Source: Azolla caroliniana (Eukaryota; Plantae; Polypodiophyta). Taken from it: 64,000 nucleotides of DNA. Positions 51,095-64,000 of this stretch are shown here, in pieces. How positions within the stretch are numbered: position 1 is the stretch's first letter; each line of letters begins with the position of its first letter. The stretch is taken from positions 17,050,001 to 17,114,000 of the forward strand of contig JBHGNT010000003.1 of NCBI GenBank assembly GCA_043228905.1. Reading direction: 5' to 3'. The notes below the pieces were generated by a model, which searched no databases, was not told where the DNA came from, and saw only the letters and a list, made by a program, of their open reading frames with translations. The position numbers and the translations under genes are program-made.

Positions 51095-54013
51095 TCATCT
51101 CTTATCATATGCTCGGGCCAAAAGATTGACTTGAACTTCTTCCCAATCTTGCACTCTTGTGATGAGAGGATGCACTGGTCCATCTGAGGTTTTACTCCAT
51201 GGATAGCTATTATTATGATCAAAGAGTAATACATCAATACCATGTTGTGCACATTCCACTGCATATTTTGGATTGTCATCAATAAGTATATCAGCACCAA
51301 TAGACCTACATTCATATTTCCACGCATTAATCTTACAAGAAGAACATTGGCCTCCAGCACCTCTAACTAGAGAGCAGAGAAACATACATCGATCATTCTT
51401 ATTACAACAGATTATGTTAGATAAGAATTTTAACAACAGTGTCAACCTTCAAAAGTGAGCTTTGGTTCCCCACTATTTAGATGTAATGGCTTTTTGAAGT
51501 TCATATAAAAAGTTTTTGGTATATAACATAGTTCACAAGAAGGCTGGAGACTTGGAAATGAGACCTACATGATTTAAAATCTTAATAGAGCTTCAGTCAT
51601 TAGACATTGATGGTCCAAAAGGAAGATCACAGTCATAACGCATGCAGCCCTACGTTAAAAGCCAGATAGATACAGGCAGATGATATGGAGTACATTTTAC
51701 ATTTGAGTATGATCAATAATCTCAACTTGAAACAATGTAAAAAAAATCACAAAACATTAACTTTAGTTCATCATAATAAATATTCCAGCTCTAGATAGAT
51801 TTCTGTCAACTATCACCTGGAAAGGTGGCTAGGTTCATCTTTGAACAAATATTCAAATGTGAGACAATCTTTTAGGTGCAGCAACAAGTATCATGATATA
51901 TTTTCAGTAGACTAGGTCATTGTGTTATGTTTTCATTACATTGACCATGCTGACATCTAACTTAACTTAAATGGAAGAAATGACAACTTACACAAACATG
52001 TGAATATCAACAAAGCTCTACAAATTTCAATCACAACACTAAATTTCCAAAGGTTTTAATTACATATCTCATTTTTAACTGAAATTTTGGTGACTGAGAA
52101 ATGAATTCTCCCGTAAAATGCCAAGTTAGGTTGGTTACCTGCAGATCTCTGATTTTGGGCGAGCTTCACCCTCCAAAGCAAAGTGGTTCCCAAAATAAAT
52201 ATCGTGAAATACACCAGGGTAATGTCTCTCAATCCAGTCAAGTGTCTGGTTTCTTATCACATGTTGTCTTGACCTGTACATAAAATCAAGTTGAGAATGA
52301 TTTGTTTACAGAATCTTACAGTGTGATAACACAAGTCTTTTGGGGAAGATCAGCTATTTACGTGACAATGACAAGGTGACAGAATTCAGCTAACTGAAGA
52401 AGTGATTCATACGCCCCAGGAATTGGGAGTATCCCATCCTTAAAATGGTCCGATTCAAAAAATGCATGAACCCGATCATTTGCTGCAAGGAACAAATAAG
52501 CCAAACCTTAATGTGGTTAAACTTTTAAAAGTCAGCAGAAAATCATAAAATATTTGCCACCAGAACCTATGTTTTATGCCATGAAAGACGACGGCAAAAT
52601 CAAACATGCATGCCCACAAAGATTCTTATGAAAATGTGAAGAATCAATAGTCTAATATGGAAGTTCAAGATGAAAACGCAAAACTAATCAGAAATGTGAG
52701 AAGAATTTATGGTGTTCAAAAAGAAATATTTTGAGGCAGTTGTAATTTCTGCTCTCAGTTTGGTACGTGTGTAGGTTTAGCGAAGAATGAGCAAGGTGAC
52801 CACGCTGACGTCATCTGCATACTCTTTATTTGGATAAATACACTACAGTGCAACCTCATGAGTTACATCCAACCAGTGCAAATTTTGACAGGCAAATGCT
52901 ATATGCAAAATTTAAATCCTGAATCCTAATCTGCAACATGAGAAATGTTTTGTGGTCATGTTTGCACTTATAAATGGTCCTGTTTATACACATCTCCATG
53001 ATCTCACTCAAAACAAGCCCACATTCCAGTACTCTCCATATATCACAAAACATTGTTGCATTCAAAAGATATTTCACCAAACTAGAAGGGGCTTACCTTC
53101 AGCTTGTGAGCAACGCCAAATCTGCCAAACAAAGTCGATGAAATTATCATTAGAACTATGACATGTTATCAACAATTCTCTCAAGGTGTACTAGAATTCT
53201 TCAGAACTCAAAATGCTTTTATGCAGCATATGTATGGAATTATCACTACAACCAAGCTACTTATGAGTTTGTCCACGTGATTAAATAGGCTTGTGTATCC
53301 ACACAGACTCATGGCATACTATGGAAGTAGGGGGTAAAATGTACACCTTCATGAAATCATAGACATGATATTGTGATGTGGTGTACTCCAGTGCATGCTC
53401 CTCTTCTATAAATGTATTGAGACTTGAAAGAAAACTCCCAAGAACTATATACACAAACAATAGGAAAAAAGGGAGATAAAGTGTTCATATAGCATGTTAT
53501 CCATGTTAAAACAAACATAAAAATATATGACAAGGAGATATAGGACATACCTTCGTCGACGTCGACGGCTACTTGTAGCCGCTTTCTAGGTGGAGCTTGG
53601 ACCTTTGTACGATCACAAGATGGAGTATCTCCAGGTGTAAGCCTAAGTGTTGTGATATCATCTATGGGTGTGTTTATAGCTACCATAGAGTTTGTCACAT
53701 TGCATTTATCATAAGATGATAGAGTTGATAGATCAGAAGCTGTTGAAGAGATTATTCTCACGCATTCATCCTCCTTCCATCTAGATCTTTTTGAGTTTCG
53801 GAAGTGGTTTGTTGCATCATTTCTGCTATCTCTACACACAACTTTCCGTGACACGATTGCAACAAAGATTCTGGATTTTTTCCTTGACATAGTGGATATA
53901 TGGACGGCTTTAGGGATATGAAAGTTTCTTGTTTTAGATGTACCCTGAACTGTAAGGCTTCTCAGTGTCTCTAGCATGTGTGTGAAGGTACCTGGTGTTG
54001 TTGACAATGTCAT
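51095..54013 (-). CDS. HAD-superfamily 5'(3')-deoxyribonucleotidase (NT5C)-like protein, 6 coding exons
   Basis: Motif I VAVDVDEVL spans the 53551/53444 junction; then YDFMK-IWRCSQAE-ANDRVHAFF, PIPGA, motif II IVTSRQ, FGNHFALEG..PKSEICR, motif IV LIDDNPKYA, LLFD..YPW. GT-AG introns are in phase. The start codon (ATG 54013) is uncertain; an upstream non-coding exon near 57270 is likely. Confidence 0.9.
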
Positions 54014-56749
54014 TGCAGAATGAAACTTTGGGCGAACTTCCGTTTGATGAGAGGGTTTTAGCAAGAGTTCAACTTCTGATGAGAAAACACAACAGCATGC
54101 GAGAGAAGTATTTCCCAGACCAATTAAACCATCAATTCCCGCAAATTCTGCTAGAAAATATCCCTCAAACACATTTCAGTGCAAAAAGATGGAGCAAGGA
54201 TCTGCAAATGTAGGATATATTCTAAGATTTTCTACAATAAATTCTAAAGTTTCTTCACGTCCAAGGTCATCATGTCTGGAGCCTTAATACATGGTGTTTT
54301 CTTAACCTCTTTGTAGTACTGCCTCTCTTTAGAGAGGTATGGAATGAGTATTATTATTTTGAGAAGCCTTGTAGAAAAAACAATTGTACAGCCTATTCTT
54401 TAGGATGAAAAATATAATTACTTTTTTCTTATAAATAATTAGATGTTTTTTTTTCTGTGTGAATCTAGCTGGGCCTATTTTTATTACAAATCAATGGATA
54501 TTTTTATTCTGATTTGCTATTAATTCTTCTCTTTCCACTCTCTTATCAAATGTTAAACTGTAATTCAAAAGACAAAAAGACTGTGCATCATATTGTTATT
54601 TGCACAGAATGTCTTCTTAGTATTGAAGTTATAAGACTTGGTATCAGAGCTACACACTCTCTCACACCTAGGAATCACACAGACTTTTTGGAATGAAGAA
54701 TGACAATAATAACAAAGTGTACAGAAAGTTCCATAAGAAGATCTCGGTGAAGGAAATGGAAATAGGTCCTCACACACAAGTTTGAAGCTTCAATGTTAAC
54801 AAATAGGTGAGAATAGGTGACAAACAGGTAAAGGAAAAACCACGGATTAAGATGCCATGAGACATGATCAAGAGATGTAAGTGTATAAAAGCTAGAAAAC
54901 TAAGCAAAAGGTGTGACTTCTCATCTATAATGACAAAGATCTACATGTAAGTAAAGAAAACGGTGGAAAACTAAACAAAAGGTGCAGTTTCCTATTCCAC
55001 CACAAGCTGCCCTACATGCCACGCACCAAAGCCACATCATCGTGATCTAATAAGACCAGGTAATTGATTTGGGGTCACCATGCTGCGGAAACAATCGTGG
55101 TGGAGGTCAGTGCTGCCCAGACAAGCAAACTGCATGCTGCACACTCTCTGACTACTTTTCCCTCCGGAGAGGAAGACAAAAGAAATGGCTGCCTATCAGG
55201 ACCACCCAAAATACCATATGGCTGATGAAACAGCCCACCTTCCACCACATCAGTCACCACCTTGACTGCACCACAAACAGAGGTACCATGCAGGAGCAGC
55301 TCATCTGCATTGGCAGGGCCTTCACAAAAGCTCACCCTGGCTAATCATCAAGCCAACAATATGGCAACTACCACTCTGGTGTCCCTTGAACACCAGCCCG
55401 TTGTTGCCTCAAGATAAAGAGCTTCCAGCAGAGAATGCAAACCAAAAACAATCGAACCTTGCATTGCCATTGCCAGATCAACAGCCAATGCATTTAAGAG
55501 GAAACATTACCACAAGCGCAGCAAAGGGGTCAACCCTCAGGGAGAGCATTCAGTTTCATGCTGTCATGTCACAAATTATCCATGATGTAAAATGCCAACT
55601 CGAGCACATTTGCCCAATTTCACAAACGCCAAGTTTGCTAGGACTTTTGTTGGTTTTGTAGTTTCACATATACACATATATGATGGGGTTCTCTACTGTG
55701 GGTGTTGGGGGGGATTCCCTGTTGTCTGATTGTGTGGATCGAAGGAGATTCTTCGCTTTGGAACAGATAAAAGAGTGATGTGCTCAAACTCTGATGTAAT
55801 GTTCCCAATTAATACAATGTATGAACTAATTTATTTTTTCAATCAATTGGTGTGCTCGGCTCTTCATGTATGTGTTTTGTGTAATTGTGTGTTCTTTTCC
55901 TTCTTGATCCAGGTCCACTCTTGTATAGAGGCTGTGCCTTCCGCACATGGGACATGATCGTCCAACTCAACGCAAGCGATAATGTTAGCCATTCGGCAAA
56001 TATGAAATGGCCAGAAGGCCATAATGTAAAACAATGGAAAAAATAGACATACTGGATACAGTTGTAGGACTGATTTTAGTTTCATAAGGACTGTTGGTCA
56101 AGCGGGCCAATGAATAAGACAATAAAGCTGAACAGCAAGATAGTGACCTACTACGTAACATATATAAGATGCCCAACAAGCACATTTGTACGTGTGTGAT
56201 ATATGCGTGTGATTATCTATTGGCTGTTATTCAAATGCCCGTTCATATTGGTGCAACATAATTCCATTTCTATGTTTGATTCTATATCGATTTGTGTGTC
56301 GGTGTCTACCCTGTGCAAACACTGCAAATCTCAATGTTGCATTGCTATCAATTCTCGATTCTACTCCACACTGGCCTTCCCTGGTTCATGCAGTTCATAC
56401 AGAAGTGATCATTGGTAAGAGGCAATAACAGAGGCATTTGAGGTAGATAGATAGATAAATTGATTTATTTTTAACGTCCACACAAGATCAATTGTGATAT
56501 ATGAGACGGGGACTAGCCCGTGGTGAGGATCAAACTAGGGATCTCTCACTTTTATGACTTTCTGTAGAGTGCCACTTAGAGAATTGTGTCATCTTCTCAA
56601 GTAACATTGAGATGGAATGCCCTCAGGTAACATAGACCCAGAGGCAAGAAAATGCCATTGATTAAAAACGTCATCACACATGATCACAAACATGAAGAAA
56701 GACGATATAGGGTACGCCCTTGATGATGGCCACAAATTGACAATGACAA

Positions 56750-57085
56750 AAATAGAACATCATGGATTAAGATGCCATCAGACATGATAGCAGGGTCAGA
56801 AATTGTTTGAGAGACAATGGCAAAGTGTTAACAAAGAACAGCATGGACTAAGGATGTCATTTGGGCATGATTGCAAACATGAGAGAAGCAATGTATGGTA
56901 AGCTATCGACAGTGTCAGCAGGTTTTCAACAAAGAGGTTAGAAGAAATCACCACGGATTAAGAATGAAATCGTTCATGATTATAAACATAAAGAAAACTA
57001 TGTAAGCTAAACCATTGATACCGAGAACAGTTTTTTTAACAAATTAAGTAAAAAAAAGAAAAGCATCACGGATTAAGATCAAAGC
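56750..57085. repeat. Degenerate CA(C/T)GGATTAAGATGCCAT..GACATGAT repeats; another copy at ~54840
   Basis: Copies visible at ~54840, 56761, 56842, 56952 and 57067. Confidence 0.7.
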
Positions 57086-59507
57086 AGCGAAACAAAACTA
57101 TGATCATCACAAAACGAATTGAAGAAGAAAGAGCATGATCCTAAGTGCAGAGAAATGGAACACCCAAACTCGATCCTCTGGAAGTTAAAATACAAAAGAA
57201 AAACTTCACTTCAAGACAAATGGGTTGGGGAGGAGAAAAAGGGAAATCTTTGTGATTCTTTTCTTACCTCTGAGATGTCGAACGACTTTCCAAGGTATCA
57301 CAGAAGAAGAAGAAGAAGAAGAAGACGAAGAAGAAGAATAGCGATGGAGTGAGTTCTCATAAAGGACAGGAAGTAAGTGTGTGCAACGAGCTCTTTTATG
57401 TATGTATGTATGTATGTATGTATGTATGTATGTATGTATGTATGCATGCATGCATGTATGTATGTATGTATACAAACAACACAAAGGAAGGGGCAGAAAG
57501 AGGGGTATGTATGGCAAGGTTTTTAGGTATTTACAGAAATACCCCTCCTCTCTGTCCCTAGCCCTGGCCCTGCCCCCCCTCTTGCCACATTTGTAGAGAT
57601 TTAGGGATGAAACTTTTCTCTCTGCCTTTCTTCGCCCCCCCCCCCCCAACAAAAGCCCAATCATCTCTCGTCCACCCTTCGCTTCTGCTCCCAGAAAGCC
57701 CCTCTTCCAAAGTTTTCACGTGTATCTCCCCCATCGTGCCCCTTGCGTGTTGTTCGTGTCCTCTCCGTCTCCACGTGTGGCCCTTGACAACAGACGAATC
57801 GATTGCATAATTGCTTCGCACAACCCTGATATGCTCGAGCTCGGGTTTCCCGACTACATTTGGTGAAAAGTATGAAAACATAGCAAGAAATAAATAAACT
57901 GCCTCAGAGGGAGGGAGGGGAGGGGCACGTTTTGGAGTTTTGCTCATCCCTTGGAATTATTAGAAGTTGAAGATCTATCTCTTCGTTTCTGGTACTAGAC
58001 TAGTGTTGCACTTGTTTATCTGTAATTTTTTTGTTCTGATCAATTGTTACTTGCACCACCATATTCTTCCATTGGTTGTGTGTTTGATGTTAACTTGAAT
58101 GAGATGATCAAGACTACCTCGTCTAATGTTCTAAAAGAATTTAAGTAGCTTGCATTAGTGAATTTGGGATTTATGATACGAGACTTTAGTTCCCCGAGGG
58201 AGAAATTCGCTCCTCTAGAATCTCCCCTTGTACGATTTTCTACTTGCACCATTGCACTTGATAATCTATCACATTGTGCCTCATGAATAATTGTCATTAA
58301 CTTTGATCACCCCCAATAACTTTATAGATTTTGGAGGAGAAAGAGCCAAAGGTGAGAAGGTCTTCTTCTACTTGAAAGTGCCCAAAATGTGAAGCAATGA
58401 CCTCCATTATGGCGTGCAACAAGCCTTAGAAGTAACGAGAAGTTTCTAGACTTTCAATCTTTGATGATATTAACTCCCTCCATTTCAAGATCACCGACCT
58501 AACAGTAACTCCTCTTGACCCACAAAAGTCAAATACTACTTCGCACTCATTTGCGTTTTACAAGGGCAACCCTTTTCGTACCCCATTAAAAATAATAGAT
58601 TTTAAGTCACATGTAAAGCAACTTGATTGGAGGTGCAAGAGAATCATAATCACGATGTGATGGCTCAAAACAAAACACAATATATAGATTCAATCTCATG
58701 ATATTTGCAAAAATCTTAAGCTAGAAATGGGACCTAATTGTGTGGGGGGCCAAACCAAGGATTTTGTTATTGTGTTGTAAATCATTTGTTTTATTGTCGA
58801 GAGGCCTACCGTTTTGGCATGATTCTCAATTTTCTAACATAGTCATTAAAACTTGGAATGCTCAAAAAACAAATGAAAACAATATAAATTTATGAAGATA
58901 ATCATGACTTGAATAAGACATATGAACACCGTGGTTATGCTCATAGAATATTGTCGAAAAATGCCACCATTCTCGTGTATTTACGAGCATAATTGTCCTC
59001 ATTTTTATGATAGTGATGGGAGCGGAATTTGAATAATTATTGCCTCTTACATCTAGCCTTGCCAATGTGTCAATATAGATTGTCGTAGATCACATTCCTT
59101 TTGGGGTTTTACATATTTATATGGAACTTCATTAGTTCCAATGTCACCTCTTACAAGATTCTTGTTTATACAATGCATTTTACCTTTCCATAGTTTCTTG
59201 CAAGAAATCTTATTTGAAATCAGTTCATTACCCACCCTTGGTTTTAAGATATTTGATTTTGATACTCCCTTCTTTGTCTTTCGAGTCCTTATACACCCTC
59301 AATGGTATATTAATGTAAATATACACGTGTTTCATGAGAACTACAACATATTTCGGTACTATTGATGCCCTATTTTTTTTCCAACCGTGTTGTTATGTGA
59401 CACAAAAAGTGTGTGTTGCTTAGTGTTGCTTGCAAAAAACATGAGATGTTTATGGAACACCTTGCATAGTTTCAATAACAATGCCTGCAAAACACACACG
59501 ACATTTC

Positions 59508-60126
59508 TGTTACTCCTTTCCTAGGGAACACCTTCGATTACTCCTCTTGAGTAATCGGGGCAAGGAATCGTGGTCGCGTAAGAGACTAAGGTAGGGGCCG
59601 AAATGTTACACCCTTCTTGTTTGGACACTCCGAGAATTGGCTACAACCGATTCGTACTCACGACTTACCGAACATATAGTACAATTGGGATTGGAATTGA
59701 AAATGAGACAGGCACAAAGATGGACCCAAAAAGTATACTTAATTGATTACTGAATAGATAATACAATGGTAGTACAAACTGAGTATAATTGGTATCGCTC
59801 ACTCTCTCAATACAGATTTAGATTTCTAAGTTTAGTCACTCTAGCTCGAATTAGATATATCTTCTGTATTCCCTTCTTGTCCTTTTTTGTTTTCACCACC
59901 TCACGATTTATATAGCTCTCTCCTTCATCGACGCATTCCCACTACTCTTTCATGGTCCTCGGCCTATGTTTATGGCTGCTTGTATTTCGGTTACTTTTCC
60001 CCTCGTCTGCTAGTGCTCGGCTTCTTTTATCTTGACCTACTGGTCCCCTTTGACACTTTACTTTTATGATCCTTTTCACACCTTTGTCTTATTGTCCCAC
60101 ATATAACACCTGGCATGCCCGTGGGA
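59508..60126. mobile_element. LTR-like relic followed by a PBS-like motif
   Basis: TGTTA...TAACA bounded segment followed by TGGCATGCCCGTGGGA (tRNA-Arg-type PBS-like). No second LTR or TSD; orientation is ambiguous. Confidence 0.4.
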
Positions 60127-60842
60127 TAGTGCCTTGCACGTCGAACCCAAAAATCAACCAAAGAAATCGACATCGAAAAATTGAAATTATTGCCATCCTT
60201 ATGTTAGTGTAGAAGGGAAGGTTTGATCAGATGCCACAATGACTACCATGTCCCTCAACCATTCATAGATGATGCCATCTTCGTCGGTTCAAGTCTTTGA
60301 TGGTCCTGCTCAACATTCACATGCATGTGCATATTTCTAAGATAATGATTCAACAAAGAAATTGTTTAGATGTTAGTGAGTACTCTAGGCTTTCATTCTC
60401 CACAATATATTTCAAAATTTGTTATAATGGATAGAGTAGAGTGGTTTCTTAGTGCTGAGAAACAAACTCAACATGTATAGTCCATGCACATATGTTTAGT
60501 GAGCCATGAGCATTAACGGCCCGTTGCTAGTCATTCTTGAAAAGAAAATATCATAACTAACATGAAATATGCATTTAATGAGGGAATATTCTCTATCCAA
60601 GACCCTCTAGTGTTAGTTATTGTAAAGAGATTGTAAGGAGAGGGCGTTATGCCCCTAGATTATGGTGGGTCTTGAAACGCATGAAAACATAGTTGGGTCA
60701 AAACCAAAAATGAGGTTGGGACAAGTTGGGACTCAACCAAGGCTCGTTGGGACAACCTCCCAAAAGATATTGAGGGACTAGAAAGTTTCCCATTTCGTTG
60801 GTCCATCTTCGATCCCTAGCTTCTCGGTGCTTCATGTGACTC

Positions 60843-61490
60843 CTACCTCAGGGGCATATTTGGTACTCTTTGCCTCGAGTCAATCTTCCTTGCTTGCCTT
60901 GGTTGGGAGACTCCCAACCCTTGGTCGGTCTCACCTTTTAAGGGTCCTTGCGTAATTTTTTCTTTTGCACCGTGGTCATCGATCTTGGTTGGGACAACCT
61001 CGATTCCCAACTCTTGCTTATGGTTCTCTTGGGATTCTTCTCTCGATTCATGGACTTGCTTCCTTGGTCTTGATCGAACACAACTTGAGGCCATTGCCCT
61101 CACTCGAACATGGGAATCCATCTCTTCTTCTTCTTCCTCGATCTCAACTAGGGGTTCCTTTACTCGAGAGGAACCCCCCTCCTGCTTGGGACATTCCTGC
61201 GCTAAGTGTGGGACTCCACACTTGAAGCAACGTTGATCATGTTGGGACATGCCTTGCGTGTTGCTTCTACACAAGGGTTTGGACGATGTGTCCCAATCCC
61301 TTGCCTTCCGTGGCTCTTCATATTTTATTTGCTCATATGTTCTCAAGCTACACCATCTCTCCATGGGTTCTTCCTTGTGTTGGAACCCCTCCCAATCACC
61401 AACCCGCTCCACTATTTCAATCGCTTCTTCCAATGTTTCCGGTTCTATCTTTGCCACATCTCTTTGCACTGATGGTCGTAGTCCAACAAC
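60843..61490 (-). pseudogene. Ty3/gypsy gag fragment with CCHC zinc knuckle
   Basis: GLRPSVQRDVAKIEPETLEEAIEIVER and CFKCGVPHLAQEC. Confidence 0.8.
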
Positions 61491-62291
61491 CTATCAAAAT
61501 AATTCATATTAGTAATTCGAAGCATTAGTTTCCTATATTTATCAAATACAACCCATGCAGAGATGACAGTGTCATGATGTGGCATGTCTAATGCGAGAAA
61601 AAGTGAAAAAGTGAGGATACATGCACATTTCATAAACCCTTGTAAATATAAAAATAAAACTAAGGCCTAGTAACATTTGAGTGCATACCGAGGGGTGCAA
61701 CAAGGTTTGAATCTTGCACCTCTAAAATAGAAAACATTTGGCTTACCACTAGGACTGCTATCATGTGCTTCAAATTTTATGTATTTCCTTTTCATATTCA
61801 ACTTACATACAAAACAACCATACGAAACCGCATGCACAAAACCATGGTTCTAAGATCATGGTTTTGTGCATGTCACAAAGCAAAACCGTGTGCACAGAAA
61901 CCATGGCTCCAAGCCCATGATTTTGTGCATGGACAAACCTATAAAAACCCTAGTAGAGCTTGTGTAAAGGGGGGGGGTTCAATTAGGGAGATCATCATCA
62001 TCATCATCAATAATATAATACTCTTATTATTATTCTTCTTGACATCCATCTTCTTCTCAATTGTACAAATCTTCATTCTTTTCAAGTGTGGCATTTGTTT
62101 CCTCTCCTCTTATGTTTACATCGTCATCTTTTCAGCAATTTCGTGAACATTCTCCCCGGTCTGAGACCTCGGTGGTCCCGGTTGTGCGAAGCACGCATGT
62201 GCATTTTCGCAACATCATTTGGTCAAACGTGAAAGAGCAGCAGGGGAGCATGGCTGGATCTTCATATTGTAAAATAGGGTTCAGCCACAAT

Positions 62292-62532
62292 TGAGATTCA
62301 AGCACAAAGGAGAGAAAACAGGAAATCAGAAAATGATTCACTTACACGGAGACACAAGATATTACCATGGAAAAACCCCAATAGGGTAAAAAACACAGGA
62401 GCCCACAAACTCGGAAACAATTCACTATGAGAGGCAATACAATGAAACTCCCAAGCAACAACCTCGAGCTACTCCTTTTTGCACGCAGGTGGTTACAACA
62501 GAGATGCTTTGCTTTCAGTCTCACTCACTCAC

Positions 62533-62563
<31 letters not shown>

Positions 62564-63045
62564 TGCATAGTTACATAGTCCAAAGAAAACTCTACAGTCT
62601 CACTACATAAAGTTTTGCCCTAGTTATCTTTATACTTATACATAGGACTATTTACAAATATAGCCATTTCCGGATGCCTGTCCAGATCTGACTGATCCGA
62701 CTCGTGCTCTCCTTCCCATTCGGAGGGACTTGTTTTCCCAACAAACTCCCCCTTCACTCCGGCATGGGGTGATTCGTCAATTTGGTCTGATGTCGACACA
62801 CGTCCAGTTTCTCTGACGACAACACCTTCGTCATCATGTCCGATCTGTTCTCCGCTATGTGAATCTTCATAAGGACACACTCTTTTCTTCTACCCGCTCC
62901 TGGAGCCAATGGTATCTCCTTTGGATCTGCTTGGTCCTTGAGTGGTAGGCGACATTTTTCGCAAGGTGGATGGCGCATTGTTTGTCGCAGTAGAGTCAAA
63001 ATTCTTCTTGCCGAATCCCCAACTCTTCGATGAACTCCTTCATCT
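62292..63045 (-). mobile_element. 3' end of a second copia element: RNase H remnant, PPT and LTR
   Basis: LYCDKQCAIHLAKNVAYHSRTKQI..YHWL and KIHIAENRSDMMTK; PPT GAAGGGGGAGTT (62744-62755) followed by TGTTGGG at 62743. The far LTR end is approximate. Confidence 0.8.
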
Positions 63046-63714
63046 AGATTATTGTTAGGTAACAGGTCCTTCCGGATGGGAAGAGGAGCACGAGTCGAAG
63101 AAAAGGGAGAACCAAATCGGTTGACAACAACTCGGCCGAGGCCGAAAAATCAAACCAATTGTTTGATTCGGTCGTGGCCGAAAATTGAATCCGAATCGAT
63201 TTGGCAATAGCCGAATTGGTTGAAGCCAACTCAGGGCTATATCTGTAAATAGAGATAATGTGCCCTTGTGGGCTATATTTATAAATAACCCTGAATGTTG
63301 TATTAATATAAATACATCTAGGGAAATCACTATGTAGTTAAGATGAGTGGTTGATTATTGTTGTACATTTACAGTTGGTTGTTGCCACTCTAACTAAGAG
63401 AGTAAGAGATAGATAGGTAGATAGATAGATTATATTATCGTCTTTGGAGGTCAAATATGACCTATGAGACCAAAAATATTACATTTCACGTGATACGTGT
63501 AAAAGTGAGTAGCGACTCTTGATGTTCAAGAACTTTACCAATGAATGTTGCAATTGAGAGTGCACATCGTGGTTGTGAGAGAAATTCGTGCAAGGATTGG
63601 GCTTGGTTGAAGAAATGTGGAAAGCATAATCGAATATGATCAAAGGCAGAGCATTGTATCAAAGTGTGATACTCAAACTCTCGAACTTGTTTAGTGCAAA
63701 TTGTGCATAGCCGG

Positions 63715-64000
63715 TAACAATTGGAAATGGTTCGGTTCGGTTCGAGAGGGTCTAAACCGAACCGTTTAATTTTTTTGAAACCCGAACCGAACTACAAAAC
63801 CGTTAAACCATTAACCGTGGTTTCATGGTTCGGTTTTGGTTTTCAACATAGGTCAAATTTTTAATTTTTTTAAAATTTATAAAATTTCATTATTTAGAAT
63901 TTTTAGAATTTTTAAGATGTTCCTAAAATGTGAGAATAAGCTGTAAAAATGAAAAGATTGTTTAAAAACAATTAAATTTTTTTTAAAAAATTTTTAAAAT
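63715..64000. mobile_element. hAT-type MITE, copy 3, cut by the window edge
   Basis: TAACAATTGGAAATGGTTCGGTT start; internal sequence is collinear with copy 1. Confidence 0.9.

Noticed and set aside
51333-51362. EVLEANVLL peptide resembling a duplicated SIGADILI exon start
   Set aside because: No AG acceptor places it in the needed phase; likely coincidence.
54014-54172. ORF-track N-terminal extension MFEGYF.. of the nucleotidase
   Set aside because: It starts at GTG, so it is probably 5' UTR or intron; the first in-frame ATG is at 54013.
54639-54650. Perfect tRNA-iMet PBS TGGTATCAGAGC
   Set aside because: Not preceded by a CA-ending LTR, and no partner LTR, PPT or gag was found; unsupported relic.
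63053-63395. Possible solo LTR (TGTTAG...CTAACTA)
   Set aside because: The terminus is imperfect, there is no TSD and no second copy in the window.

Overview
Eukaryotic, intron-rich, microsatellite-rich land-plant DNA; a fern or other non-seed plant is plausible, but the taxon cannot be fixed from sequence alone. Host genes: first exon of an XB3/XBAT-type ankyrin protein (-), a complete six-exon CENP-X/MHF2 (+), an intronless GC-rich PHI-1/EXORDIUM gene (-), a multi-exon PNISR-like SR protein (-) and a HAD 5'(3')-deoxyribonucleotidase-like gene (-). The most notable structure is a decayed ~10.1 kb Mutator-like element (~5994-16098) with ~150 bp TIRs, flanked on both sides by (CATA)n. It carries an unknown ORF, a Ulp1 protease and a transposase that appears to have an integrase-type HHCC zinc-binding module at its N-terminus. 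A hAT MITE and a LINE are nested inside it, and its CpG-preserved right TIR lies ~160 bp from the MHF2 start codon. Also present: a full-length decayed Ty1/copia element with a second internal polypurine tract, a 1.25 kb TRIM-like Gypsy derivative, three copies of one hAT MITE and several TE relics. All calls come from reading motifs by eye; no searches were run.
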